Assembly (NCBI GenBank): GCA_011364925.1 | Contig: RDOA01000009.1 | Location: 1 to 64,000, forward strand | DNA length: 64,000 nucleotides | Reading direction: 5' to 3' | Source of the DNA: Promethearchaeota archaeon | GTDB taxonomy: Archaea > Asgardarchaeota > Lokiarchaeia > Sigyniarchaeales > SOKP01 | Shown here: positions 50,801 through 59,503 of the stretch, piece by piece | How positions within the stretch are numbered: position 1 is the stretch's first letter | How the letters are laid out: each line of letters starts with the position of its first letter | The notes under the pieces: generated by a model | Seen by the model: the letters and a program-made list of their open reading frames with translations, nothing else | Database searches by the model: none | Told to the model about the DNA's origin: nothing | Translations under genes and position numbers: made by a program

Positions 50801-52143
50801 AAATAACTGCTTCTAAACCAGGATATACTACAATCCAAACATCGATCACTTTTACACTTTTGGATAAATTGACAGCTTTAAGTGCAAGTGATCCCACGCC
50901 TCAAGTTTATTACAACGATCCCATATCTTTCAATGTACATTATACAGATGTTTATGCTGAACCTGACCAAGATATCGATGGTGCTACAGTTCAATTTGTT
51001 GCAATTGGAGTTACGGGTGTTAATGGATATTTAACACCGTTAGGATCTGGTCTATACTCCTTTAATCTTGATAGTTCGGTTTTTCCGACTCACGGAGATT
51101 ATATATTGCAAATTACTGCTTTTAAGCAGAATTACGAAACTCAAACGATTTATCTTCCGCTCTCAATAGAAAAGATAAATACAAGACTTAACGATTCCGC
51201 TGCAATATATGATACTTACAATGTTTTTATAGGCGTTGAAAAGATTTTTTACTTTGAGTATACAGTTGAATCGTCAGGAATAGGATTATCAGGTGTTTCT
51301 CTAAGTGAATGCGCATGGGAAAAAGCAGTCAGCGGAGTCGTTGTAGATAGCGGTGTGGCTTCTTTAAATAGTATGGGTAATGGAATGTATTCGTTAGATT
51401 TAAACACTGAAAACTTAGAAATCGCGACCTATACTCTCATAATAAGATTAGGGGAAAATAACTATGTCGAAAGAGATGCAATCATATTCTTGAATATAAT
51501 TCCTAGAGATATTCATGTAGATGTGGATGATTTAATATCAGTAGTTTCTGGTAATAAACTGTCAATTGATATTTCGATATTTGATGCCATTGATAATTCA
51601 CCTTTACAAAATGCGGAAGTAATTTTAGAATTGAACAATGTAACTTATGGCTACTTTGATGATATTGGTGGTGGCACTTACTCAATAACTATTCCTGATT
51701 CCGATCTTATTGATGCTTTTATCGCTAATGTATTCATACAAGCTAATATAATCGTGAATAAAGTTAACTATAGTCAAACAACCAAATCATTTGCAATAGA
51801 AGTAAAAATGACAGAGATTTTCCCAGGCTTTCCAATGTTTTACTTTCTAATGTTGATTGGTGCCGTTGTTGCTGTGGTTGCTGCTCTTGTTATATCTCGT
51901 CAAGTGCGTAGAGCTAGGATACCCACATTTGTCAAGAAGGCAAGAGAGATGACTAAAAACATAAAAGGAAGGAAAGGCATATCAGATTCGCTTTTATATC
52001 CATCTAAAGAAGAATACATTGTTAAAAAACTAGGAGATAAGTGGGAATTGCTTGATTTGTCTTTGGTAGATATTCTAGGTGTCAGCACAAAGAAGAAAAA
52101 GAACTTGCCAGAACCAACTGAATTTGAGGGAGGTGGATTATAG
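47836..52143 (+). CDS. Large membrane-anchored cell-surface glycoprotein (LamG/ConA-like plus Ig-like repeats, C-terminal TM and cytoplasmic tail)
   Basis: N-terminal signal/anchor; LamG motifs FDGND, FWIN, FKGAIDEFAVYN; repeated GxGxYS beta domains; many NxS/T sequons; TM followed by RRARIP tail. Confidence 0.85.
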   Translation: MNVRKKQKFKMTLVLLTILIPTATFSMILFNQGNYGDKNNMISDGAENPFDREGGDNYYPRTSEITHLNDKYDLSIWWNKTYRFRIGFVLEETEGIDRYQPVDVFFTFREDEHYENTERLVSFNATGNDEWSDPLPLQMWNITKYPATNFIESCTVTFLANVSANTNKTYFLYYNENNAGIEQIVYNTGFTSEKSGLTLTVTVGTDYQVVLKQGLASTQLIREGLNYHQDESLAPEKQLSDPSLKFLAHFENSVSDSSGNEPDGTINGDPQYITGIVQYGMDFDGNDFVSYANGLESIGDPLNGLSNEFTVCFWINPDDLSGGATNHQTENVVAAKASDSYNDNFELGVNNEGNIHVYLDTETRDTFADFAPAGTITTTGGWYFVAFRYQQGIAEVRIVQINNPSNPNNDIWWSMPNWNGADDLDEADGSPFTIGASEHIDQFFKGAIDEFAVYNIYLSDQEVEDFKYGSMPSSIQSITELENGPVFSSYDVKWTTTFDMHIEDTCTFYYDYELWNLERSIYFENEFNYTIDRMFALNTNYNFTVVDDHEDLLYIYDGIIQKDITSAGFVAENYTIVHNAPDASKDAIGVFIEGYELSDPAHTSISYLKGDVIYDNGDVEFIPGSLNDFDNSVGNESYQLKINFWELAGSVNKSGNLDNTGMIQYFDDTLLSLREEVDVFIYQQDSLFYSIDVNVTDIDGKLVPDATVTVWNASDYTTFWTQDTDAFGRTIFNRFENGLYVVNVSYVRYGQTLSITNPQVIELNETNVDTFGVYYLSFTNVKLTSLELKFQREDMGTIQEDVVGANITFSIDDGSGSVILGYELTNSTGVTIFRWANLTDANSGNVSLTVNWHGENYEDLACADDLNPSDIASITLPFYQYLYSVINVSTGNTYQSFLTVNESGTIDVMLGDPLSLWVNYTQQKNLDPITPIEGGTVSYNIKIGTLQINSGTLTFSETGNGVYSLYIDTSNPVEPAGANWLSSETYTMEITASKPGYTTIQTSITFTLLDKLTALSASDPTPQVYYNDPISFNVHYTDVYAEPDQDIDGATVQFVAIGVTGVNGYLTPLGSGLYSFNLDSSVFPTHGDYILQITAFKQNYETQTIYLPLSIEKINTRLNDSAAIYDTYNVFIGVEKIFYFEYTVESSGIGLSGVSLSECAWEKAVSGVVVDSGVASLNSMGNGMYSLDLNTENLEIATYTLIIRLGENNYVERDAIIFLNIIPRDIHVDVDDLISVVSGNKLSIDISIFDAIDNSPLQNAEVILELNNVTYGYFDDIGGGTYSITIPDSDLIDAFIANVFIQANIIVNKVNYSQTTKSFAIEVKMTEIFPGFPMFYFLMLIGAVVAVVAALVISRQVRRARIPTFVKKAREMTKNIKGRKGISDSLLYPSKEEYIVKKLGDKWELLDLSLVDILGVSTKKKKNLPEPTEFEGGGL

Positions 52144-53246
52144 TGCCCGTTGGTTTAGTTGTTATGAAATGGGATGAGCGCATCGGTACTGAAATCTTAG
52201 CCAAATATCCCGAGGAAATAGTCATAACTGATAAAACACTGATGCAAGTGTATAGCACGCACGAGTATAGTGGAGAGTCAGGGATGATCAGTTTAATGGT
52301 TGGTTCTTTAAATATCGCTTCTTACTACACTGGACCAGAAAAGGGATACTACATTCTCATGCTTTTAAATCTCGACGATGATCCTGATGCTTATGAAGGG
52401 GGCCTAGCTGACACAGCCAGGATAATATTGCAAAATCTAGAAGATGAGGCATTTATAAAACTCGTTCCTTCATTATTCCGCAGACTTTCGGTTTACCCAA
52501 CATTAAATGATGAACAACGATTAGCGATGACATATCAAGATGAAATTAAACGCATGATTATCAATCGGTTAAGGGAAGAAGGGGTTGTCTCCAAATCCGA
52601 GCTAATGGTTTGGTTAAAAGACAGATATAAGCAAGGATTTGTTGACTTAGAAGGCGTATTAAGCGAATTGATTAAGAGGGAACTTATTAAAGAAACCTCT
52701 GTTAAAGGGATGCCTTCTGAGTTGATCTTTCTTACAAACGACATCTTAATGTTGAGAGTTCCTCCCGTAAAATTGCTCAAAGATCCAGGAGATAAAGGTC
52801 TACCTGCAAAGCTTGTTTCTGATTATAAAATGGAGATCAAAAAATATTTTCTTAACTATCGACCATCTGAACAGGACAATCTCAGGTTAATTGATAACAT
52901 TATTAATCCCCAAGTTTACGAAACACTGCGTTTGTTAAGAACGGCAATTGTAACTAAAAATGATCTCGAGAAATTGAAAAAGAAAGGTGTTGATGATATT
53001 GACGAAGTTTTGAAAATGCTTTGGGAAACTCAAATGATTCAAGTGTTTCAAGACGATAGAAACAATGAGTATTACGCCTTACTTTCAGATTTTTATGTGG
53101 ATAAAATCTTTCCGAAATATTTAATGAATGTCATTAAATCTGAATATGAGAAAAAATCAAAAGCAGATCAAGTCTTAGTTGAATACCTAAATATTCTCGA
53201 GAATACATATATCAATTTAAAATCAGCTGTTAAATCAAAAGATTAA
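52143..53246 (+). CDS. Longin/uDENN plus winged-helix protein (NPRL2/3-like), paralog B
   Basis: Full-length paralog of 46519-47631; GTG start overlaps the upstream TAG; SD GGAGGTGG. Confidence 0.6.
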   Translation: MPVGLVVMKWDERIGTEILAKYPEEIVITDKTLMQVYSTHEYSGESGMISLMVGSLNIASYYTGPEKGYYILMLLNLDDDPDAYEGGLADTARIILQNLEDEAFIKLVPSLFRRLSVYPTLNDEQRLAMTYQDEIKRMIINRLREEGVVSKSELMVWLKDRYKQGFVDLEGVLSELIKRELIKETSVKGMPSELIFLTNDILMLRVPPVKLLKDPGDKGLPAKLVSDYKMEIKKYFLNYRPSEQDNLRLIDNIINPQVYETLRLLRTAIVTKNDLEKLKKKGVDDIDEVLKMLWETQMIQVFQDDRNNEYYALLSDFYVDKIFPKYLMNVIKSEYEKKSKADQVLVEYLNILENTYINLKSAVKSKD

Positions 53247-53347
53247 TTTTTTTTTATTTTCATTTTTTTTATTTCGTTACGTTTTTCAATTTTTCATAAC
53301 TATAGTTCTTAAAAAACCTAATACAATTTCAATAAAAAATTAAATTT

Positions 53348-54703
53348 GTGATAATATTGGCTGAATATGATAATTTTGATTTAGAAAATCTAGCAAAACC
53401 AAATGCACTCCCTGAAGATATCGATTATGAGACTCATATAATTGCTACTTATAGCGCAATGCTTCATCGAAAAATGGATGCTTTTTATATGATGCAAGCG
53501 GTATGTGTTGAGCAATCAACTGGTACATTTGTCCCTGTTCCCGCGGAAACCCCTGAACAACGAAGAAAGCATGTAGCGAAAGTTATTGGGTGGTGGAGAG
53601 TCCCTGATTTTGAGTATGAGGGTGCTGAAGATTTTTTTGGTAGTCCTAAAATGTATCAATATGTAGTTCAAATTGCATATCCGTTAAACTTTAAACCCCA
53701 ATTCCCAATGTTATTTACGACAATTTATGGAAATATATCAATGGGTGGACCACTTAAGATGCTTGATGTCCGATTCCCAAAAGCGTTTCTAAAAGAGTTC
53801 AAGGGTCCAAAATTCGGAGATGTTGGGGTTCGAAAGATACTAGGAGTTAAAGAAAGACCACTTTTGAATAACATGATTAAACCTTGCGTCTACTCTGATC
53901 CAAAAATAGGAGCAGATTTAGCGTATCAAGCAGCTGTTGGAGGATGTGATGTCATAAAAGATGACGAATTAATAGCTGATGTGGATTTTAATCCAATCAC
54001 TGAAAGAGTTACTGCTTTTATGGAAGCTTTGGATAGAGCTGATTCTGAGAAAGGAGAAAAAACTCTTTATACCGTTAATATCACCGACAGAGTAGAACGG
54101 ATGTTTGAATTAGCAGATATTGTGCAAGAACATGGCGCCAATGCGTTAATGGTAAATCACATATCGGTAGGTTATTCTGCGTTGAGAAAATTAGCAGAAG
54201 ATCCTTCCGTAAAGGTTCCAATACTAGGACATATGGATTTTGCTGGTTCCTTATTCCAAGATCCCTTAAGCGGAGTTTCAAGTCCACTGGTACTTGGTAA
54301 ATTTGGGAGATTAGCTGGTTGTGATTTCATAGTGCACCCTGCCCCTTATGGCAAAGCCCCTACTTTAGTTGATAGATTCAAAGAGACTGCACGTCAAATG
54401 GTAATGCCGATGCGAAACGCTCCGCATATTAAAAGAACGATGCCGATGCCAAGTGGAGGAATAACTCAAAGTCTTGTCGAGAAATGTGTGAATGATTTAG
54501 GCACTAATATTATGATTGGTAGTGGCGGAGGAATTCACGCGCATCCAGATGGTCCAATAGCAGGAGCTAAAGCTTTTAGACAAGCCATCGATGCTGTAAT
54601 GAAAGGAATTCCAGCAAGAGATTATGCGAAAGATCATAAAGAGTTAGCTGTAGCATTAGGTTTGTTTGGTATTGGAAAAAAGACAGAATTTACGTCAGTC
54701 TAA
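53348..54703 (+). CDS. RuBisCO-like protein (form IV RLP); start may be TTG 53357
   Basis: EQSTGT, GPKFG, MIKP, DVIKDDE, PSGG, GGGIHAHPDG; KPCV and HMDFAG instead of KPKxG and HRAMH. Confidence 0.88.
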   Translation: MIILAEYDNFDLENLAKPNALPEDIDYETHIIATYSAMLHRKMDAFYMMQAVCVEQSTGTFVPVPAETPEQRRKHVAKVIGWWRVPDFEYEGAEDFFGSPKMYQYVVQIAYPLNFKPQFPMLFTTIYGNISMGGPLKMLDVRFPKAFLKEFKGPKFGDVGVRKILGVKERPLLNNMIKPCVYSDPKIGADLAYQAAVGGCDVIKDDELIADVDFNPITERVTAFMEALDRADSEKGEKTLYTVNITDRVERMFELADIVQEHGANALMVNHISVGYSALRKLAEDPSVKVPILGHMDFAGSLFQDPLSGVSSPLVLGKFGRLAGCDFIVHPAPYGKAPTLVDRFKETARQMVMPMRNAPHIKRTMPMPSGGITQSLVEKCVNDLGTNIMIGSGGGIHAHPDGPIAGAKAFRQAIDAVMKGIPARDYAKDHKELAVALGLFGIGKKTEFTSV

Positions 54704-54737
54704 AGATAAAACTTTTTTTTAATTATTTTTATTATTA

Positions 54738-55736
54738 TTATCCGTTTGTACCAAATCTCTTATCCAATCTTTCTTCCAAATCTATTAAGGAGTTTTCTTT
54801 AAGAATTCTAGTATTCGGGCTAAAATCTGTACTTTGTATATAGTTAGCAAGGTCATTTCCTCTTAAATCAATTAGTTCTAAAAGTGGGATTTGTTTCAAG
54901 TATTCAATGTTTTGTGGGTCACTTAACTTATTGTTTGATAAGTCAAGATGCGTTAAACTTTTCATTTCAACCAGAGCTTTAAGGTCGTGAATTTGGTTAT
55001 TTGCAAGATTCAAATTTTGCAGATTTTGTAGATTTTTCAAACCTATTATCTTAGATACAGAATCAATGTTGTTTTTCCAGCCCCAGGGTGTCCCCTTGAC
55101 TTCAAATTCGAGATAGTCGGATAAATCTAATCCATTAATCAATACATCTTCAGAATTTAGTTCAAAATATACATTTGGGAACTCTTTGATTAATTGCCTA
55201 ATTGTAAAGAAGTTGATAAGAATGTCGCCAAGTTGTTTATTTGAATAAGCATTGATTTTATTCCTCTTAATTAAAGGCTTTAGAGCTTCTTTATATTTTC
55301 TATTTTCATAACCTTTCTCAGCATTTATATATTGAAGCTTCCTAATCTTCTTTAATTGGTCTATTAATTCTGCTCTGGACTCTTTAGAGTCGATTTTCAC
55401 TAAAGCTTTAACAACTGTCAATAAACACTGAAAGGATTTTTCGTGTCGAATCGTCCATTTAAATATAGCTAAACTTTTATTGATATGGTGTTCACATAAA
55501 TAAATAGCAGCAGCGTTCCGAATAATTTCACTTGAATCAGAAGTTAATAAGCTCTCAAATAGATCATATAAATTCTCATTTACAAATTCCTTATTACCTA
55601 GAACTTTAATTGATTCTTCTCTTATCTTATCATTATCATAATTCTCAAGGATAGAAGCTAATAGATTAATAGCTGTGTCTTTACTTAGTTTGTTATTTAT
55701 ATATTCTTTATAAATAGTATTAGGACTTAATTCCAT
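54738..55736 (-). CDS. HEAT-like plus leucine-rich repeat protein
   Basis: LLTSDSSEIIRNAAA; LNLANNQI, LDLSNNKL, IDLRGN. Confidence 0.85.
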   Translation of the reverse strand: MELSPNTIYKEYINNKLSKDTAINLLASILENYDNDKIREESIKVLGNKEFVNENLYDLFESLLTSDSSEIIRNAAAIYLCEHHINKSLAIFKWTIRHEKSFQCLLTVVKALVKIDSKESRAELIDQLKKIRKLQYINAEKGYENRKYKEALKPLIKRNKINAYSNKQLGDILINFFTIRQLIKEFPNVYFELNSEDVLINGLDLSDYLEFEVKGTPWGWKNNIDSVSKIIGLKNLQNLQNLNLANNQIHDLKALVEMKSLTHLDLSNNKLSDPQNIEYLKQIPLLELIDLRGNDLANYIQSTDFSPNTRILKENSLIDLEERLDKRFGTNG

Positions 55737-55805
55737 GATGTATTAATGAATATAATGAGTAATATAGGAAATTTAATTAAATAAAGGTAATAAGTAATAA
55801 AAAAG

Positions 55806-57083
55806 TTAGGTAAATTTTCTTCCAGAGATTTGTCCAACTAATTCTCTAATAGTGGCTTTCATTTTATTAAAGGGTCTTAAGTTTCCAGAGAAGGGAGTAT
55901 CAATTCCATGGTGTAAAATAGGTTCCAGATGGGTTTCAATTTTCTGTACCTTCTTCAAATTTCCTTCAGTTAGGCAGGAAAGAAAATAATCGTTCTTATA
56001 TTTTTTAAAAGTTAAAAATCTATATCTTTGAAATCCTAATTTAACCGCGATCCAACGAGGATAAGCTCCGGTATTTCCTAATGTATTCGCAGCTATCGCT
56101 TCTATTTTTGCGGTAAGCAATGATTCCTTCATCTCTATTTCTTCGGCAGGATTTTCGTATTTTACGGGTAATTCAACGTTTAACTGTTCCTCGTTATCGA
56201 GTAAAAGTGAAATCACGCCTATTGACATGGAAGATAAGCCAACGTAATCTAATCTGATCCAATCGTCTACAGATGGAATCTCTTGATCTGTAAATATGTA
56301 ATCTTGTAGTTGTAAATATTCTTTAAAAATAGCATAAAGGCTACCAGTGAATTTTTTCTCAATGTCGAACTTGTCAATTATACTTAAGTTGTTGACATCT
56401 TTATCGCGAACTAATTCTGAGAAATACTTTTCCATCTGCTTGAGAAACCATTTTCCTTTTTTATCGGGAAACTTTCCGTAAAGAATGTAAATGATATCGT
56501 CTTTTTCAAAGAATTGACATTTTTCTACCTCACCACCTTCAGATTTGAGAAGCATCTTATCTAGATTCCCTCTTAAGATGCTTGTTGCGATAAAATCTAA
56601 ATTATTCGTTAATTCTAATAAATATAAAAGCCTCTTATTTGTCGCAAATAGAGGAGTTCTATCTACGGAAGTAACTCCGCATAATCTTACGTACTCCTTC
56701 TTATCTTCATCTAAAGAAATCTTATCGTCATCTAAAGAAATTTTTGCATCTCTCTCTTTTTTCCTTACACCCTGTATCCTTGAGGAAGCTGTTTCAGTCT
56801 TAGGTATAAATTCTTGCGGTTCAAGCTTTTTCGACTCATTTTCTGTGTTATTTGTGTAGCTAAAGATATTAGATAAAAATTTCTTGCAGATTGGACAGTA
56901 TTTATCTTTTGGATATGGTTTCACCATCTTATATCCACAATTTTCACATGTAATACTTTCACGATCGGATGAAAATAAAAGTTTTTTATCCTGCTTTTTT
57001 ATCTCTTTCTGCTTCTCTTCTTTCTTCTCTTCCTTCTTTTTCTTATCTTTTTTCTTCTTCTTTGAATTAGTGATTAAAATCAA
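55806..57083 (-). CDS. Zn-ribbon protein with probable longin/roadblock-like domains
   Basis: Lys-rich N-terminus, CENC...CPIC, then two alpha/beta modules with longin/roadblock-like strand-helix pattern. Confidence 0.55.
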   Translation of the reverse strand: MILITNSKKKKKDKKKKEEKKEEKQKEIKKQDKKLLFSSDRESITCENCGYKMVKPYPKDKYCPICKKFLSNIFSYTNNTENESKKLEPQEFIPKTETASSRIQGVRKKERDAKISLDDDKISLDEDKKEYVRLCGVTSVDRTPLFATNKRLLYLLELTNNLDFIATSILRGNLDKMLLKSEGGEVEKCQFFEKDDIIYILYGKFPDKKGKWFLKQMEKYFSELVRDKDVNNLSIIDKFDIEKKFTGSLYAIFKEYLQLQDYIFTDQEIPSVDDWIRLDYVGLSSMSIGVISLLLDNEEQLNVELPVKYENPAEEIEMKESLLTAKIEAIAANTLGNTGAYPRWIAVKLGFQRYRFLTFKKYKNDYFLSCLTEGNLKKVQKIETHLEPILHHGIDTPFSGNLRPFNKMKATIRELVGQISGRKFT

Positions 57084-57178
57084 ACTCCGCGACTAATTTA
57101 AATTTGCTTCAGATAAATAAATCTAATACTTAATTGATATGTAAAGGTAATAAAAAATTTTGTATTAATATATTGGGT

Positions 57179-58270
57179 TTATAGATATTTTTCAGCAATA
57201 GAATTAAAAGCATCTATAAATTGATCATTTTCATCTTTGGTCCCGATAGTGACTCTTAAATAATTATAAAGTCCTGGTTTACTGAAATGTCTCACCATAA
57301 TTTTGAGGTCTTTTAAGTCCCATAAAAACTTTAAGGTTGTTGATTTATCATCAAATTTAACGAATATAAAGTTCGCATCCGAAGGAAGAACGCTGATTCC
57401 ATTATAGCCATTCAATTTTTCTGAGAGTCTCTTTCTTTCTGCAATTATTTTATTATTTTGTTCGTAGACCTTATTCCTATGTCTGATACAAGAGATGGCT
57501 GCGAGTTGTGCTATATAATTAGTATTATATGGTAATTTAACACGATTCATTTCCTTAATGATCAGTGCATCCGCTAAAGCGTATCCAATTCTTAAAGAAG
57601 CCATTGAGAATGTTTTTGAGAAACTTCGACAAACTATTAAATTTTTTACATCTTTTAATAATGAAAGACAGGTAGTTTCAGAAAAATCTGCGTATGCTTC
57701 GTCTATTACAACAATTCCAGGAAACTGGGAGCAAATTTTAAGAATTGTATTATTATCAAAGGATTTTCCATTTGGATCGTTTGGAGAGTTTATAAACATT
57801 AACTTCCCTTTTTGGTTATAGGCACTATCTGGTATAGAAAAATCGTCATTTAGTTTTATTTCGTTAATTTTTGCATCGTAAAGATTAGCTAGAACTCTAT
57901 ACATGCTAAAAGAGGGATAGAATATAATTACCTCATCTCCCGGATTAACAAACACTTTAAATATAGTATCTAAAACTTCATCTGAACCATTTCCTATAAA
58001 CACCGTATTTCTATTAGTTAAGGTGTCTTTGTCTCTTAAAAGTTGGTTTAGAATTGCTTTACGAAGCTCAAGAGCAAATGGGTCGGGGTACTTTTTTAGC
58101 AAAGATTCATCTTTTAAAGCAGAATTTATATCTTCGAGAATTTCTTTGATTGGGGGGTACGCATTTTCGTTTATATTTAATTGTATCCAACCTTCAGTCT
58201 CTGCGTGCTCCTCCGTTTCATAAGAAGTAAACTTTTGAAGATGCTCTCTGAATAACTTTTCGATTTCCAT
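57179..58270 (-). CDS. hisC: Histidinol-phosphate aminotransferase
   Basis: LNINEN, YPDP, GNGSDE, DEAYADF, RSFSKTFSMASLRIGY, SDANF, LRVTIG. Confidence 0.92.
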   Translation of the reverse strand: MEIEKLFREHLQKFTSYETEEHAETEGWIQLNINENAYPPIKEILEDINSALKDESLLKKYPDPFALELRKAILNQLLRDKDTLTNRNTVFIGNGSDEVLDTIFKVFVNPGDEVIIFYPSFSMYRVLANLYDAKINEIKLNDDFSIPDSAYNQKGKLMFINSPNDPNGKSFDNNTILKICSQFPGIVVIDEAYADFSETTCLSLLKDVKNLIVCRSFSKTFSMASLRIGYALADALIIKEMNRVKLPYNTNYIAQLAAISCIRHRNKVYEQNNKIIAERKRLSEKLNGYNGISVLPSDANFIFVKFDDKSTTLKFLWDLKDLKIMVRHFSKPGLYNYLRVTIGTKDENDQFIDAFNSIAEKYL

Positions 58271-58493
58271 TTTGTTAACCTTGTATTTAGAAATAGATTA
58301 ATTGCCAGTTAATTCTTAATGGTTAATAGTTAAAGTTACAAATTACTACCATTTATTTTTTGTCTTTATGCTCATTCTTTTTCAGTTTGAAAAAAAAAAC
58401 ATGATTGAAAAACCAATTTTTAAATGTATCAAATCTATTAATTTTATATTATTATTCAATGATGATAAAGATTTATTGTTGAGGAGTCTATTC

Positions 58494-59387
58494 ATGGAAT
58501 TCGCAATGATGTTTCAAGTTTTAGAAGGCGGAGTAAGCGAGCCTATCAAATGGTCAAAGGATAATCTTACGCCTGATAGTAATATAATCATATTAGACGA
58601 AGGTTCTTCTTCGCTTTATTTGTGGTATGGGTCTAAACAAGGCTTAGTTTCGAGGAGAACTGCTCTTAGGCAAGCAGAATCGTTAAAAGGACATGGATTT
58701 TCAGTTGGCAAGAGTATTGTTGGACGAGATATTAAAAATTTAAAAGAAATCGATCAAAGAAAAATTGGTCGTGTGCCCGAAATTGATGAAATAAACGACG
58801 AACTCCAGACACTTTTATCCAGAAAATTTAAACCATTAGACGATTACACTGTTACCTTTGAATTGGAAGCAGAAATCCCTTCAGCTGTTAGATCTGCACC
58901 GAAGCTTGAACCTAAATTTGAGCCTAAACCTGAACCAAAATATACACCCGAACCCGTTCCCCAACCCGTTGGTATGGCGGAACCGATTAAAAAAGTAAAA
59001 CCCCCCGAACCAAAAATGCTACGTGCCTCTGAATATGACACTGAAATCGATATTCCAACATCTAGCACACCCATCGAAAAAAATATTGTAAAACCTCCCC
59101 CAGTTCCTTTGGAACAAAAACCTCTCTTTTCAGAAGCTAAAGAAGAGCTTGATGTTCAAGCAAAGATTGGATTTGTGTTAATTGGAGTACTGGACCACTA
59201 TGACGATATATGGGTTTCGAAGAAAGAAGATGGGGGGTATTCTGTTGAACATATGGATGGAAAAGTATGTGAATTCTCAATTTTCGAAGGAAAAATTAAG
59301 TTCACTTCAGATTCTTTTTCAGGAATTTCTACCAAAATTAAATCGGAAATCCAAAAGAAATTTGTAGAGCTTTCAAAATTAATCTAA
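58494..59387 (+). CDS. Gelsolin-domain protein with Pro-rich linker and C-terminal domain
   Basis: LTPDSNIIILDEGSSSLYLWYGSKQGLVSRRTALRQAESL matches the gelsolin repeat pattern; SD GAGGAG precedes ATG 58494. Confidence 0.72.
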   Translation: MEFAMMFQVLEGGVSEPIKWSKDNLTPDSNIIILDEGSSSLYLWYGSKQGLVSRRTALRQAESLKGHGFSVGKSIVGRDIKNLKEIDQRKIGRVPEIDEINDELQTLLSRKFKPLDDYTVTFELEAEIPSAVRSAPKLEPKFEPKPEPKYTPEPVPQPVGMAEPIKKVKPPEPKMLRASEYDTEIDIPTSSTPIEKNIVKPPPVPLEQKPLFSEAKEELDVQAKIGFVLIGVLDHYDDIWVSKKEDGGYSVEHMDGKVCEFSIFEGKIKFTSDSFSGISTKIKSEIQKKFVELSKLI

Positions 59388-59503
59388 AAATTTTTTTCCT
59401 AATTTTTTAACATTGATGTTTAAATCTTAAGCTTATTTCTTAAATAATAAGAATTTCAATTATGACTTAACATTAATCTTAGAAAAAAGTATAACATAAT
59501 ACA

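Noticed and set aside
53348-54703. Bona fide carboxylating RuBisCO (form III)
   Set aside because: Lacks the KPKxG second lysine and the HRAMH motif
58368-58493. ORF-track N-terminal extension of the gelsolin-like gene
   Set aside because: AT-rich promoter-like sequence; SD GAGGAG points to ATG 58494
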